This document shows positions 1 to 9,903 of a DNA stretch of 64,000 nucleotides, one piece after another. The stretch covers positions 128,001 through 192,000 of the forward strand of contig CAXXFK010000007.1 of NCBI GenBank assembly GCA_963663965.2. Reading direction: 5' to 3'. The position numbers and the translations under genes are program-made. The notes below the pieces were generated by a model. The model saw only the letters and a list, made by a program, of their open reading frames with translations, made no database searches and was not told where the DNA came from. Source of the stretch: Sedimentisphaerales bacterium (GTDB lineage: Bacteria > Planctomycetota > Phycisphaerae > Sedimentisphaerales > SM23-30). Every line of letters starts with the position of its first letter. The first letter of the stretch is position 1.

Positions 1-19
1 ATTAACGTTTCTGGTTGGT

Positions 20-1288
20 GTGGCGTGTCAGGCCGCTTTCGCCGATACGGTTGATGATCGCATCCAGAAACTCGAAACTGAGTTGCAAAAACTCAAAGAT
101 CAACAAATTAAAACCGCTGCTTATCAAGAGCAACTCAAGCAAATGGTCAGCGATACCCAGGAAGGCGAAGAATCCAGCCTGGCCGAAGGACTCAAAAATC
201 TGACCGACTTTTCCGTCGACATGCGGTATCGTTATCGCTGGACGGATGATGATGTCAATACCCGTTCAGATCATTCCAACATTGTGCGAGGCCGTGTGGC
301 CATGTTCGGCAAAGTCAATGATCAAATGGATTTGGTATTACGCTTAGCCGGCGAATCGACACTCAGTCAGGAAGATAGCGATTGGGGGGCCAGCCTCGAC
401 GCCATATACCTGGATTATCATCCCGGTTCCTATGAAATGATTCCATTCCTGGGTACTGGCGTTAAGTTTCTGGATGATGTGAATCCTTTCTATAATCTGG
501 ATGCGGTTCGGGGCATTCACATCCTGTTCGGTAAATTTGAAGATCCTTATTACCATCCCGGCAATTCGGATATGGGATTGGATTTTGATCCTGAAGGCGT
601 CGCCGGTGTTGGCAACATGGATGTCAATGAAGATTTGAACCTGTTTGGCACCCTGGGCGGTTTCTGGGTTGACGAGCGGGGCGCCGATGCCGATTCCGGA
701 CTCTGGGGCGCCCAGCTGGGCGGTACCTATGAACTGAAAGATATTTCGGAAGGTACCTATGTAACCGCCGGTGTATCTTATTATGATTTTACCCATGTTC
801 AGGATCGTGATTTTGGCGGAGATAACAATCCGCTCAACGCCGGCGCAACCGGGTTGGCCAGCGATTATAATTTACTGGAAGTATTCTGTGAATTTGGTAT
901 GCCGGTTCTTGAAGATATTCCGGTTAAATTCTTTGGCGATTATTTTGTCAATACCCAGGCCGATGAAGCTGATGATGATGCCTATCTGGTTGGTTTAGGT
1001 ATTGCCGAACATGCCAAACTGGGAAATATCCGCTTCTTCTATAACTATCAGGAAGTAGGAGCGGAATCCGTTTTAGGCGGCTATTCCGAGTCCAACTTTG
1101 GCAGTCCGGTTACTAACGGTCGTGGCCATCAGTTCACGGTTGGCTATAACCTGGCTCAACTGGATCTACCTAATGCGGCGTTCCAGATTGATTGGTATCT
1201 GGGCAAACGCGACGCGACGGTTAATGGCCTGCCCGAAAGTGCTGCCGACTTCCAGCGCGTTGATGCCAGTCTGGTTGTTCAGTTCTAA
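20..1288 (+). CDS. Putative outer-membrane beta-barrel porin; true start probably upstream of the window
   Basis: End of a signal peptide (AAFAD), a short coiled coil, amphipathic beta-strands and a C-terminal Phe (..VVQF). Confidence 0.7.
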   Translation: MACQAAFADTVDDRIQKLETELQKLKDQQIKTAAYQEQLKQMVSDTQEGEESSLAEGLKNLTDFSVDMRYRYRWTDDDVNTRSDHSNIVRGRVAMFGKVNDQMDLVLRLAGESTLSQEDSDWGASLDAIYLDYHPGSYEMIPFLGTGVKFLDDVNPFYNLDAVRGIHILFGKFEDPYYHPGNSDMGLDFDPEGVAGVGNMDVNEDLNLFGTLGGFWVDERGADADSGLWGAQLGGTYELKDISEGTYVTAGVSYYDFTHVQDRDFGGDNNPLNAGATGLASDYNLLEVFCEFGMPVLEDIPVKFFGDYFVNTQADEADDDAYLVGLGIAEHAKLGNIRFFYNYQEVGAESVLGGYSESNFGSPVTNGRGHQFTVGYNLAQLDLPNAAFQIDWYLGKRDATVNGLPESAADFQRVDASLVVQF

Positions 1289-1318
1289 AAATTTGTAAGC
1301 AAGAGAATTGAGTTTCAG

Positions 1319-1359
1319 GTCGGCAGGGCATTATTAGCCTTGCCGGCTTTTATTTTTTT
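1319..1359 (+). terminator. Intrinsic terminator after the porin gene
   Basis: GTCGGCAGGGC-attatta-GCCTTGCCGGC hairpin followed by TTTTATTTTTTT. Confidence 0.75.
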
Positions 1360-1399
1360 GAGGGATGGTGACAGGAAATCGCCAGAGAGATGTCGGCGA

Positions 1400-1870
1400 T
1401 TATATTGCCTGCACCAGGTGAATCGCCAGCGGATGGGATTCAATATCGACGACCATAACTCCGGCTTGATTAACAAAATATTGCCATTCTGCCGGACTTT
1501 GATACAAATTAGCTTGAGGAAGACTAACGTCAAAAATATCTGAAGGATCCCGGGTAATCAGCGGCAACATGACACCCAGTGTGGTATTAAGCATTTCTTT
1601 GAACGCGTCGATACTTTTTTCGTCGGCAAGTGGATCATCCGGGTCGATCCCCATTACGTTGGCGGCCAATTGGCGAACCAGATCGCGCCCGGCCAGCAAT
1701 TCGGCCCGGCCGGAAAGCGGGCCGGTAAAATCCATATGGACCATAATGCTTTCCTGGGGAATCGGTAATTCATCTTCCATTGGTAACGTTACCATAAAAG
1801 CCATCATTTCCAATGCCTGAGATACTGCGTTCGCCAGGATATCAACATTTAATTTGTCTGTAGTATTCAT
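1400..1870 (-). CDS. cheX: CheX-like chemotaxis phosphatase
   Basis: 156 aa, FTGPLSG and DAFKEMLN (ExxN) motifs; directly downstream of cheD. Confidence 0.7.
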   Translation of the reverse strand: MNTTDKLNVDILANAVSQALEMMAFMVTLPMEDELPIPQESIMVHMDFTGPLSGRAELLAGRDLVRQLAANVMGIDPDDPLADEKSIDAFKEMLNTTLGVMLPLITRDPSDIFDVSLPQANLYQSPAEWQYFVNQAGVMVVDIESHPLAIHLVQAI

Positions 1871-1897
1871 CTCGTTTATCCCTTACGGATTTTCTTT

Positions 1898-2374
1898 TCA
1901 AATAGGCTTGACATTTCCCCGGGCCTTAATGATTACAGCGCCATCGCTGAGATTTAAAAACATGGTGCGAGGCACATCGCCTCCAATATCCTCACCGTCG
2001 ATAAACAGGCCGTTCTTCCAGAGGATCTGTCGGATTGCGGCATAGTTGCGTTTACCGATCTGAAATATTCGGGCATCGTTCATCATCTGCGCGCCGCCGG
2101 CAATTTTGGTTTTCAATCGTTTGGGATTTGCCCCGCGCCGGGTCATTTCATTGATCAGCGTTTGCATACCGGAATCGGCGTACATAAAAGGATTTTTTCG
2201 GCTCTTTTCCAGGTCCTGACGCGAATCAGGCAATTGGTAATGAAGCATGCCGCCGATTTTTATGGCGGGATCATATAGCGCAACTCCGATGCAGGAGCCC
2301 AGCGAATAGGTAACCAGCACATCGTTTGGATCGCCAGTCACGCGGGCATCGGAAATTTCAACAATGATTTTCAC
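1898..2374 (-). CDS. cheD: Chemoreceptor glutamine deamidase CheD
   Basis: TYSLGSCIGV, GGMLH, KIAGGAQM, IGKRN and EDIGG motifs; GTG start at 2374 with GGAGA RBS. Confidence 0.92.
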   Translation of the reverse strand: MKIIVEISDARVTGDPNDVLVTYSLGSCIGVALYDPAIKIGGMLHYQLPDSRQDLEKSRKNPFMYADSGMQTLINEMTRRGANPKRLKTKIAGGAQMMNDARIFQIGKRNYAAIRQILWKNGLFIDGEDIGGDVPRTMFLNLSDGAVIIKARGNVKPI

Positions 2375-2458
2375 TCGTTCTCTCCATCTATTCCGCAATG
2401 GAATCTTCTCCCGGCCAAAGGGGACGGGCCAGTACGTGTCCTCACAGCCGGACGCTCA

Positions 2459-2494
2459 ACGGCAATTAACAAAACGTTTTCGGTTAATTGCCGT
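2459..2494. repeat. Perfect 12-bp inverted repeat upstream of cheD
   Basis: ACGGCAATTAAC (2459-2470) and GTTAATTGCCGT (2483-2494); the spacer holds the palindrome AAAACGTTTT. Confidence 0.8.
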
Positions 2495-2798
2495 ATTATC
2501 GCTATCGAATTACGATACATCGTGCTTTAGTAATATTGCCTGGCGGAAAGGATTATATCAAAACTGAAAGCCACGGCCCGATAATGATACAGGAACTATT
2601 GAAATTCTTGTTTCTAACGCACTGGCATTAAATACATTATCGTCTCGTTGCGGATAACAATATCCTTGAAAAAACCGGCAAATGACCCATTGAAATGAAC
2701 CAATTATAGGAAAAGGATTATTATAGGACAAAACACGGACGGATTGGATTCGTTCGGGTTTTGTCTTGGAAATCTGATTATTGACGGATCGGGGTTGT

Positions 2799-3608
2799 TT
2801 ATAGTTCGACTTTACTGCCTTTTAGAAAATCGACTACCGATTGGATATCCGAGCGACTGGACATATCCAGGCAGGCATCATTAACCGGAATCGCCCGGTA
2901 GCGAGTTCCCATCTGCTGCATGGTATATAATACCGCGTCCGGCAGTTCGAGTTCTCCGCGGGAGGAGGGCTGAATACGTTTGCACGCCTCAAAAATTTCC
3001 GGGCCGAAACGCCAGCAATTCATACTCAGGCAGACAGGATCAGCTAAAGCGGCCACTTGTTCCGGCGAGGGTTTTTCAATAATGCGTGTCATAAAGCCTT
3101 CGGCGTCGGTTTCGATGACGGCAAATTTTGTCACTCGATCAACCGGGATATTCCCCTTTTCAACCATCGCTTCGCGGATAAAACCGGCAAGACCCGGCCC
3201 CCCTAATTCGCGCAGACCTTTAAGCGCGTCATAAGGATAATAGTTGTCCGAATTAATCACCAGGATCGGATCGCCATTGGCAAATTGTTCTGCGGAAGCG
3301 ACAGCATCAGCAGTGCCCAGAGGTTTTTCCTGGATGGCAAAGTCAACTGATATTCGGCTATAACTCAATCCCTTGCCATAGTAATCACGCACCTGGGCAT
3401 GTTCGGGTCCGATGACCAGACAGATTTTGGTATAACCTGTTTCCGCCAGCAGGTGCATGACATAATCAAGGAAGGGACGATCGATCGGGATCATGGCCTT
3501 GATACCCGTTTCGGCAATGGCGGCTTGTTCTTTGCTTAACGCGGCATCGTTATCCGCCTTACGCATGCGGGTGCCAAGGCCCCGGGCCAGGATGACGGCT
3601 TTGTCCAT
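2799..3608 (-). CDS. Sugar-phosphate nucleotidyltransferase (NTP_transferase family)
   Basis: AVILARGLGTRM, QEKPLGTADAV, IIEKP and SRGELEL motifs. Confidence 0.88.
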   Translation of the reverse strand: MDKAVILARGLGTRMRKADNDAALSKEQAAIAETGIKAMIPIDRPFLDYVMHLLAETGYTKICLVIGPEHAQVRDYYGKGLSYSRISVDFAIQEKPLGTADAVASAEQFANGDPILVINSDNYYPYDALKGLRELGGPGLAGFIREAMVEKGNIPVDRVTKFAVIETDAEGFMTRIIEKPSPEQVAALADPVCLSMNCWRFGPEIFEACKRIQPSSRGELELPDAVLYTMQQMGTRYRAIPVNDACLDMSSRSDIQSVVDFLKGSKVEL

Positions 3609-3629
3609 TAATTTCAATCCTTATTATAG

Positions 3630-4028
3630 TTATTTCACGTAGGAATCAAACACCCGGACTTTAGCCCAGTTAGCTTTGTTGCGATCGATAAACTCAAGGT
3701 GTTCCGGTGCGGTTTGATAACGATCATGGTCGGCCTTGCTGGCAAAAACAACATGAAGCGCCACGCTGAAAGTGTTGTCGTTTACCGGTCGGACTAATTC
3801 AGTGGCGCGTGTGCCGGCCGAAAAATACACGACACCGTCATGATCTTTTAAATAAGCATAACACTCATTGACCAGTTCATCGGCTTTTGCCTGAGAATTG
3901 TCAGTAAGGTCAAAAAAGACCATATGGGCCAGTTTCATATCCATGGCATCTCCTTGTCGGTTTGCTATCTGATGACAACCGGTCAGCGCCAGCGTGGCGA
4001 GTAATAACAGTAGTTTGATATAGTTCAT
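3630..4028 (-). CDS. Dabb (stress-responsive A/B barrel) family lipoprotein
   Basis: Lipobox LTGC; HMVFF...YQTAPEHLEF...VRVFD pattern. Confidence 0.78.
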   Translation of the reverse strand: MNYIKLLLLLATLALTGCHQIANRQGDAMDMKLAHMVFFDLTDNSQAKADELVNECYAYLKDHDGVVYFSAGTRATELVRPVNDNTFSVALHVVFASKADHDRYQTAPEHLEFIDRNKANWAKVRVFDSYVK

Positions 4029-4038
4029 AAATGCTCCA

Positions 4039-6000
4039 TCATTCTTGAACAGGAGTCAGGCGGGCGACCCAGCCGCCGCCGGGCGCCAGCTTGATGGTTA
4101 ATTTATCGGCAGGGCTGACGACTTGCTCCAGCATTTTATAATCGCTGGCATATCGGGCGGCATTCACGCCATCCTGGAAGATCAGGGCGCTGAATTTGCC
4201 CGAATTGAGAAACGCTAGGTCAAGAACCTTTTCACGCGGGGTCCAGTCGGTCATGGCGCCAATGTACCAGTCATTGCCGTTCCGGCGGGCAATCGCAACG
4301 AAATCGCCGACTTTGGCATCCAGAACAACCGTATCATCCCAAACCGATGGCACTGGACCAAGAAACTTCATACAATCGGGATCACGATAGTATTGCGTCG
4401 GGCTGTCACATAACATTTGCAACGGGCTTTCAAAGACAACATACATCCCCAGTTGGTGGCAACGGGTGCCCTGGCTCATCGGACGATCAAAAACCGCGTT
4501 GAAATTCTTTTTCTGGGCGTTGACCATGGCGCCGGGGGTGTAGTCCATTGGCCCGGCAAACATGCGTATAAACGGCAGGGTCAGATTGTGGTCGGGAGTG
4601 ACCAGGTCGCACCATTTATTGTTTTCTGCGCCCTTAACCCCTTCACGTGTTATCACGTTTGGATAAGCGCGCCGCAGACCGGCCGGTTTATAGGCGCCGT
4701 GAAAGTCGACCAGCATTTTTCTGTCAGCGGCTTCACGAGCGATTTTTTCGTAGTAATTTACTATCGCCTGGTCATCACGTTGCATAAAATCGACCTTGAT
4801 ACCCTTACAGCCCCATTGAGCAAACAGATCCAGGGCCGGTTTTAACTGGTTATCGAGAGTTTTCCAGACCACCCAGAGGATAATGCCGACATTTTTCTCC
4901 TGGGCGTACTTGAACAGGCCCGGCACATCCATATCTGGATTCAGTTTAAGTAGATCCCCCAGTTGGTACCAGCCTTCATCGAGAATGATATATTCAATAC
5001 CATGTTGAGAGGCAAAATCGATGTAATATTTATAAGTCTCAGTATTGACCCCGGCCGGGAAATCGACCCCAAAGATATTGTTAGCGTTATACCAGTCCCA
5101 GGCGACCTTGCCGGGCTTGATCCAGGAGGTGTCTTTGATCTGGCAGGGTCTTGCCAGTTTCCAGATAATCTGGGAATTGATCAGATCGGCATCTTTCTGC
5201 GCCACCCCGACAACACGCCAGGGAAAACTGCGATGACCGGTGGTTTTGGCAATAAAATCGGCTCTTTTCTCAACTACCGGATCGCGGTCACTGCGCATGG
5301 ATTCTTCGAGAACATAATTGGGAAACGTCGTTTTTAATGCCGGCGAGGCCGTTCCCTGAAGGTAGAATCCCGGATAGTCATACAAATCGGACTCAGACAG
5401 GATAACTTTGGGGCCATTCGCGATGTCGACCAGGGCCGGAATTGAGCTGAATTGTTCTGCTGGGATTTTAGAAAGAGGTTGGTAGAAATATTCCCGTTCC
5501 TGATGGGTGATCAGGCTGTCTTCCCGCGGGAAATAGATGGCATGATCGGCGGCGAAATTAAATTCGAGCCGTTCACTTTTCACGATAAGCTCACCGTCGA
5601 ATCGGGTCACAAAACGGTAAGCCATTCCATCATCATAAGCCCGGAACTGCAAGTCGTAGCCCTGTTTAAAAGTAAGCGTCAGGGCGTTGTATTTATCGAG
5701 AATTTCTTTGCGTTTTTCAGGGACGACCGGATGAACCACTTCAGCGCTGGAGTTTCTGGACTGCCCTTCAGTCTCCGGCGATACCCCCAAGGTTCCCTGG
5801 CTGGTATCCATAGCGATGACAGAAGGTGATATGATAATCAGGTCGCCGGATTGGATCGTCCAGGTTATCCGATCAGTGACGCTGATAGTCGCTTTAAGAT
5901 TGCCGCCGGGCGAAACCAGATCGAAAGTATCGGCATAAACCAATCCGGACAATGCCGTAACTACTGTAATTGTAATAAAATATAGTCCAATTCGTTTCAT
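4039..6000 (-). CDS. Glycoside hydrolase family 97
   Basis: Signal peptide; WIKPGKVAWDW, GIKVDFMQRDDQ, REGVKGAE and GPMDYTPG motifs. Confidence 0.93.
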   Translation of the reverse strand: MKRIGLYFITITVVTALSGLVYADTFDLVSPGGNLKATISVTDRITWTIQSGDLIIISPSVIAMDTSQGTLGVSPETEGQSRNSSAEVVHPVVPEKRKEILDKYNALTLTFKQGYDLQFRAYDDGMAYRFVTRFDGELIVKSERLEFNFAADHAIYFPREDSLITHQEREYFYQPLSKIPAEQFSSIPALVDIANGPKVILSESDLYDYPGFYLQGTASPALKTTFPNYVLEESMRSDRDPVVEKRADFIAKTTGHRSFPWRVVGVAQKDADLINSQIIWKLARPCQIKDTSWIKPGKVAWDWYNANNIFGVDFPAGVNTETYKYYIDFASQHGIEYIILDEGWYQLGDLLKLNPDMDVPGLFKYAQEKNVGIILWVVWKTLDNQLKPALDLFAQWGCKGIKVDFMQRDDQAIVNYYEKIAREAADRKMLVDFHGAYKPAGLRRAYPNVITREGVKGAENNKWCDLVTPDHNLTLPFIRMFAGPMDYTPGAMVNAQKKNFNAVFDRPMSQGTRCHQLGMYVVFESPLQMLCDSPTQYYRDPDCMKFLGPVPSVWDDTVVLDAKVGDFVAIARRNGNDWYIGAMTDWTPREKVLDLAFLNSGKFSALIFQDGVNAARYASDYKMLEQVVSPADKLTIKLAPGGGWVARLTPVQE

Positions 6001-6226
6001 AATAGATATTCCTTCATTCCAAAGAACGTTAACAGCGAGTACAGGAAAATAAATATACACTTCTCAAGTACATATCGCAAATGAATTTGGAATTTAAGAT
6101 GGGGTTTGCACAATACTAAAATTGGTAGTATCCGGGTTATGAAATCAATAGCGAGACCCAACTTGACATTTTTAAGATGAGTGAAAATATGAGAAGTCTT
6201 GGATTAGTTTAATGATAGATGTGCTT

Positions 6227-7675
6227 TTAATTGTCTGAAATAAAATGACTTAGCATCTCCATATTTTTGCTGAACACCTCACTGGCGACATAGGCTTCAC
6301 CAGGCTTGAATTTGGGTTGCCCAATAAGTGGTTCGCCTTGATAAGTGCTTATCCAACGGCCCTGACTGTCAAGTTGATTGATAATGGCTCTAATGGAATG
6401 ATCCTGAGAATTTGTTAGTGATTTATTAAGGATAGCATTTCTGTTCTGTTTGAGCGCCTGGTAACTTTTTTCAATCTCATCAATGCGGGAATCGATTTTC
6501 CAGCCATAATGTGAAGGCAATTTCGAATCGTCATAAGTCAGGCTGTGGCTTTTCCCATCACGTACCATATATAGTGGGCGGTTAGTTTTAAGTTCATAAT
6601 ATCGCGCCAGTTTCCCCTCGGGCAGAACGGAGCGTTTCAGATAACTCAAGGCCCGTTCGAATGGTTCGAGATACCTGGTGTCACCGGTTACCCGGTAGAT
6701 CGTTAGCAACGTTTCGAGTGTCTCCTGCGTTTCATCGCTGGCAACAGCCGGCGGTTCAAACGCGCGCGCCCAGATCGGTTTCATCTGGTAGTTATATTGC
6801 TGGGCCCAGCCCGGTTGCGGTTCGGGCATCTGGGCCAGTAGAAAAAAATCACCCAGTCGTTTTAAGGCGGTTTGATAGCGGCCCTGGCGATATATATTAA
6901 CCGCGTCGATCAGAGTTTCGGCTACATAGCCGCAGACATTGTCGTTAAGGGTGTACAAATTCCAGTATTCCTTAATACGTCCCTCAGTACGCCAGTCATA
7001 GTCAGGATACGACGCTTTCATTACCGGCTGGGGTTTCACCGGCCCGGTCCAGACCTGGGGAAATCCGCCGTTGGGATACTGGGCCGCCAGCAGCGCGTCC
7101 AGCGCTGCCTGAGCGGATTGATGGATTGATGTGTTATTAAAATCAAGTGCCTGATCAACTTGTATTATCAGCCGAATTGCCGATGAGCTCTGCCCATCGT
7201 CCAGTGAAGAATTGTTTTTGCCGCGCCCGCGCCCATTTCGATATTGCGCGACTTGGCCTTTGGGGTCAAAATCGATACTGTTCGTCCAGCCGCCCGACTC
7301 CAACTGGCCATAGATCAGCGCCTCCGCCGCTTCCTGAGCCGCCTCTAGAAAAAAACGATCGCCCGTTGCTTCATACGCTTCGATAAACGCCATTCCTACT
7401 GTCGGCGTGCCGGGCGGCTGTACCCATATCTGACTGTCCGTCGCGACCCCTTCCCCCAATCGTTGCTTCAGATCCGGACTGTAGTAATAGACATACCCCC
7501 CATGAACCGCCACTTGCCACCGGTAATAACCTCCCGCCTTATATAAAGCCCCTACCGCTTCTTCGCGCAACGAAAGGCCTGCGGAAGCCGTTTGTCCGCA
7601 CAGAATGTTTGTCAAGATGCTCATCAGAAGAACTGTCCACATAAAGCAAGGATACTTGGCTTTTATATCTTTCAT
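6227..7675 (-). CDS. Pectate lyase, PL10 (PelA-like)
   Basis: SSLDDG, QYPNGGFPQ, TLNDN and GWAQQY...WARAFEPP motifs; signal peptide. Confidence 0.8.
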   Translation of the reverse strand: MKDIKAKYPCFMWTVLLMSILTNILCGQTASAGLSLREEAVGALYKAGGYYRWQVAVHGGYVYYYSPDLKQRLGEGVATDSQIWVQPPGTPTVGMAFIEAYEATGDRFFLEAAQEAAEALIYGQLESGGWTNSIDFDPKGQVAQYRNGRGRGKNNSSLDDGQSSSAIRLIIQVDQALDFNNTSIHQSAQAALDALLAAQYPNGGFPQVWTGPVKPQPVMKASYPDYDWRTEGRIKEYWNLYTLNDNVCGYVAETLIDAVNIYRQGRYQTALKRLGDFFLLAQMPEPQPGWAQQYNYQMKPIWARAFEPPAVASDETQETLETLLTIYRVTGDTRYLEPFERALSYLKRSVLPEGKLARYYELKTNRPLYMVRDGKSHSLTYDDSKLPSHYGWKIDSRIDEIEKSYQALKQNRNAILNKSLTNSQDHSIRAIINQLDSQGRWISTYQGEPLIGQPKFKPGEAYVASEVFSKNMEMLSHFISDN

Positions 7676-7747
7676 GGCGTGTTCCTTTGATGGTTTATTA
7701 CTGGAAGTCTGAATGGGCCTACACTATACACTTAATGCGAGGATATT

Positions 7748-9802
7748 TTAATTCTGGTGTCGCCGCTGATAAAGCGAATCTCCGATTTGACGTACCGCTT
7801 CAGTTGTTTCTGGATAAGGAGTATCACAGATATCAATCAATCCGATCTGGTAGTTTTCGCCATCGCCCCGGCCCGTAGTAGCCTGGTCGCGATACTGGAA
7901 CCAGTGAGTGCCGACAATACCTGGGTTATCCAGCGCCGATTTCAGATAAGCCTGGTAACAGGCGGCCCGTTCCTGTTGGCTTTCGGTTGGCACCAATCCG
8001 GTATGAAACATACCCCGATCCAGCGCGCCAAAATGGAATTCACCTATAATCATCGGCCGATCCTGACAGCCTTCCGGCAATTTCTGCTGATCGACCAGGC
8101 GGCGATAGCGGTTGTATGAAACAATATCGCAATATTTTGACGCCGCGCGGGCCGCCAGATCGTTGACATCGGAAAACCGGCAACCCAGATAAAGCTGGTG
8201 GGGAGCGGCTGCTTTTAATTCTTCATTAATAACACGAAAATAGGTTTCTGCCACTCTGGTATAAAATGCGGTTAAATCTGGCCGCGCCTTATCCCGGTCT
8301 GGTATCTTATTGGCATTCTGTTCAAAGTTATCCCAGCTTTTATAAGACTCACCCCACGCCCGGTTCAGGGCGTCGATCGTTTGATATTTGCTTTTCAAAT
8401 CCTGAATGAATGCCGCTCGTGCCGGTTGCTCGGTCGGACTGGCCAGGGTCGCTTCTGCCAGCGAGGTATCGCTGCCCCAGGTCAGTTCGTTTTGTACAAA
8501 AAATCCAATACACCATGGATCGCCGATTTGTTTGTTCATTCTGGCAACGCCCTGTCGCACGCCGGTTCGAAACGCCGGATCGAACACATCGTTGAATTGC
8601 TTCCAATAACCTTGTGAACCGGCAATGGATGGACTGTTAAAACCAACAGTTGCGACATAAGCCGTTTGTCGTAATAAGTAGATTCTCTGGTCAGACCAGT
8701 TGCCAATCGTATTCAAACCCCAGCTGCGCAGGCGGCGATGGGTAATGCTGGCAAAGGTGTCATAATAACCTTCTCCATATTTCCTGATCAGATTAGCATG
8801 TCCGAAATTAAATGTCTGATAGGGTGTTTTGTCCTGATAATACCCATGCGGCGCCCAGGATCCTCTATCCCAGCACGAAGCAAATTCACCGTTGCGTTCA
8901 CCCAGCCAACTGAAATAATTCTCCCGCAAGCTGACCGGAGTCGAACTGGTATTAGCCACACAATCAACGCCATGTGACCAGAACAATCGCCCCGCAGGAT
9001 CAACCAGCCACCAGACACCCTTGATTTTTTCCACCCGGAAATAACCGGTTGCCTCCAGTTGCGGCCCGGCTGTCCAGCCGCCATATTGATTCCAGTTTTT
9101 CGGACCGGTTTGTTCTTCCAGAACGTGTTGTTCTTTTTTTCTGCCTGCAATCAGATCGGCTTCGTTAGTAATTTTTCCCGGCCAGTCAGCATGGATGAAC
9201 TGACCAAACCGGTCAATAAAAGGCAGAAATGTTTTCGTGTCTAAAACCTGTACCCAACCTTCCGCGCGCAGATTTCTAATCTCAAGACGATGTGTTGACG
9301 CAGGATGAGCGAGAAAAAAGATAACCCGCACCACACGGTCCGTATCGATCCGTCCGGCCGAGGGATAGCCACGCATACCATTCAGTTCCAATGGTTCGCT
9401 CAGTGTCCATGGGCTGCGATACAGCGGCACGGTAATGGTTTGCCAGGTATGGCTGGAAGTCATGACCGATGCGGTAATACTGTGTGAATTACTGCCGTTG
9501 CCTTGTGAATCATCGATGCGCAGATGAGCTTGTACCGGCTCCGGATCCAGGCTGCGGACATCCAGCTTGATTGCCCGATAACCCGACAAATCCCAGTATG
9601 TATCGGATAACTCAATAGTAATTCCCGGCCAGTCCGGGTGCGCCCGCGTTTCAACAATCCAGCCTTCGGCCGTAGCCGTCATTTGACCATGGACCGCCCG
9701 TGCCTGATCGGCTGAGACGGGCAAACGGTAGCCCGGATTTGTTTGAGCCCCGAGTTGAAATGCAATGATTCCGCATACGATTAATGCCGGTTTGATATTC
9801 AT
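7748..9802 (-). CDS. GH50 family (beta-agarase-like) glycoside hydrolase with an N-terminal CBM-like domain
   Basis: IDRFGQF, WWLVDPAGRLF, GFFVQNEL and IIGEFHFGALDRG motifs. Confidence 0.8.
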   Translation of the reverse strand: MNIKPALIVCGIIAFQLGAQTNPGYRLPVSADQARAVHGQMTATAEGWIVETRAHPDWPGITIELSDTYWDLSGYRAIKLDVRSLDPEPVQAHLRIDDSQGNGSNSHSITASVMTSSHTWQTITVPLYRSPWTLSEPLELNGMRGYPSAGRIDTDRVVRVIFFLAHPASTHRLEIRNLRAEGWVQVLDTKTFLPFIDRFGQFIHADWPGKITNEADLIAGRKKEQHVLEEQTGPKNWNQYGGWTAGPQLEATGYFRVEKIKGVWWLVDPAGRLFWSHGVDCVANTSSTPVSLRENYFSWLGERNGEFASCWDRGSWAPHGYYQDKTPYQTFNFGHANLIRKYGEGYYDTFASITHRRLRSWGLNTIGNWSDQRIYLLRQTAYVATVGFNSPSIAGSQGYWKQFNDVFDPAFRTGVRQGVARMNKQIGDPWCIGFFVQNELTWGSDTSLAEATLASPTEQPARAAFIQDLKSKYQTIDALNRAWGESYKSWDNFEQNANKIPDRDKARPDLTAFYTRVAETYFRVINEELKAAAPHQLYLGCRFSDVNDLAARAASKYCDIVSYNRYRRLVDQQKLPEGCQDRPMIIGEFHFGALDRGMFHTGLVPTESQQERAACYQAYLKSALDNPGIVGTHWFQYRDQATTGRGDGENYQIGLIDICDTPYPETTEAVRQIGDSLYQRRHQN

Positions 9803-9903
9803 GATGGCCCCTTCAATACGATATTATGTTCCTCTGTCAGATGCCCTGTGCGCCTGATGAGGAAGCCAAGCGCTATTAAAGGTTTTTATCCAGTTATCAG
9901 GCG

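Noticed and set aside
2375..2560. c-di-GMP riboswitch upstream of cheD
   Set aside because: I could not find the class I (GEMM) consensus elements; only an inverted repeat is supported.
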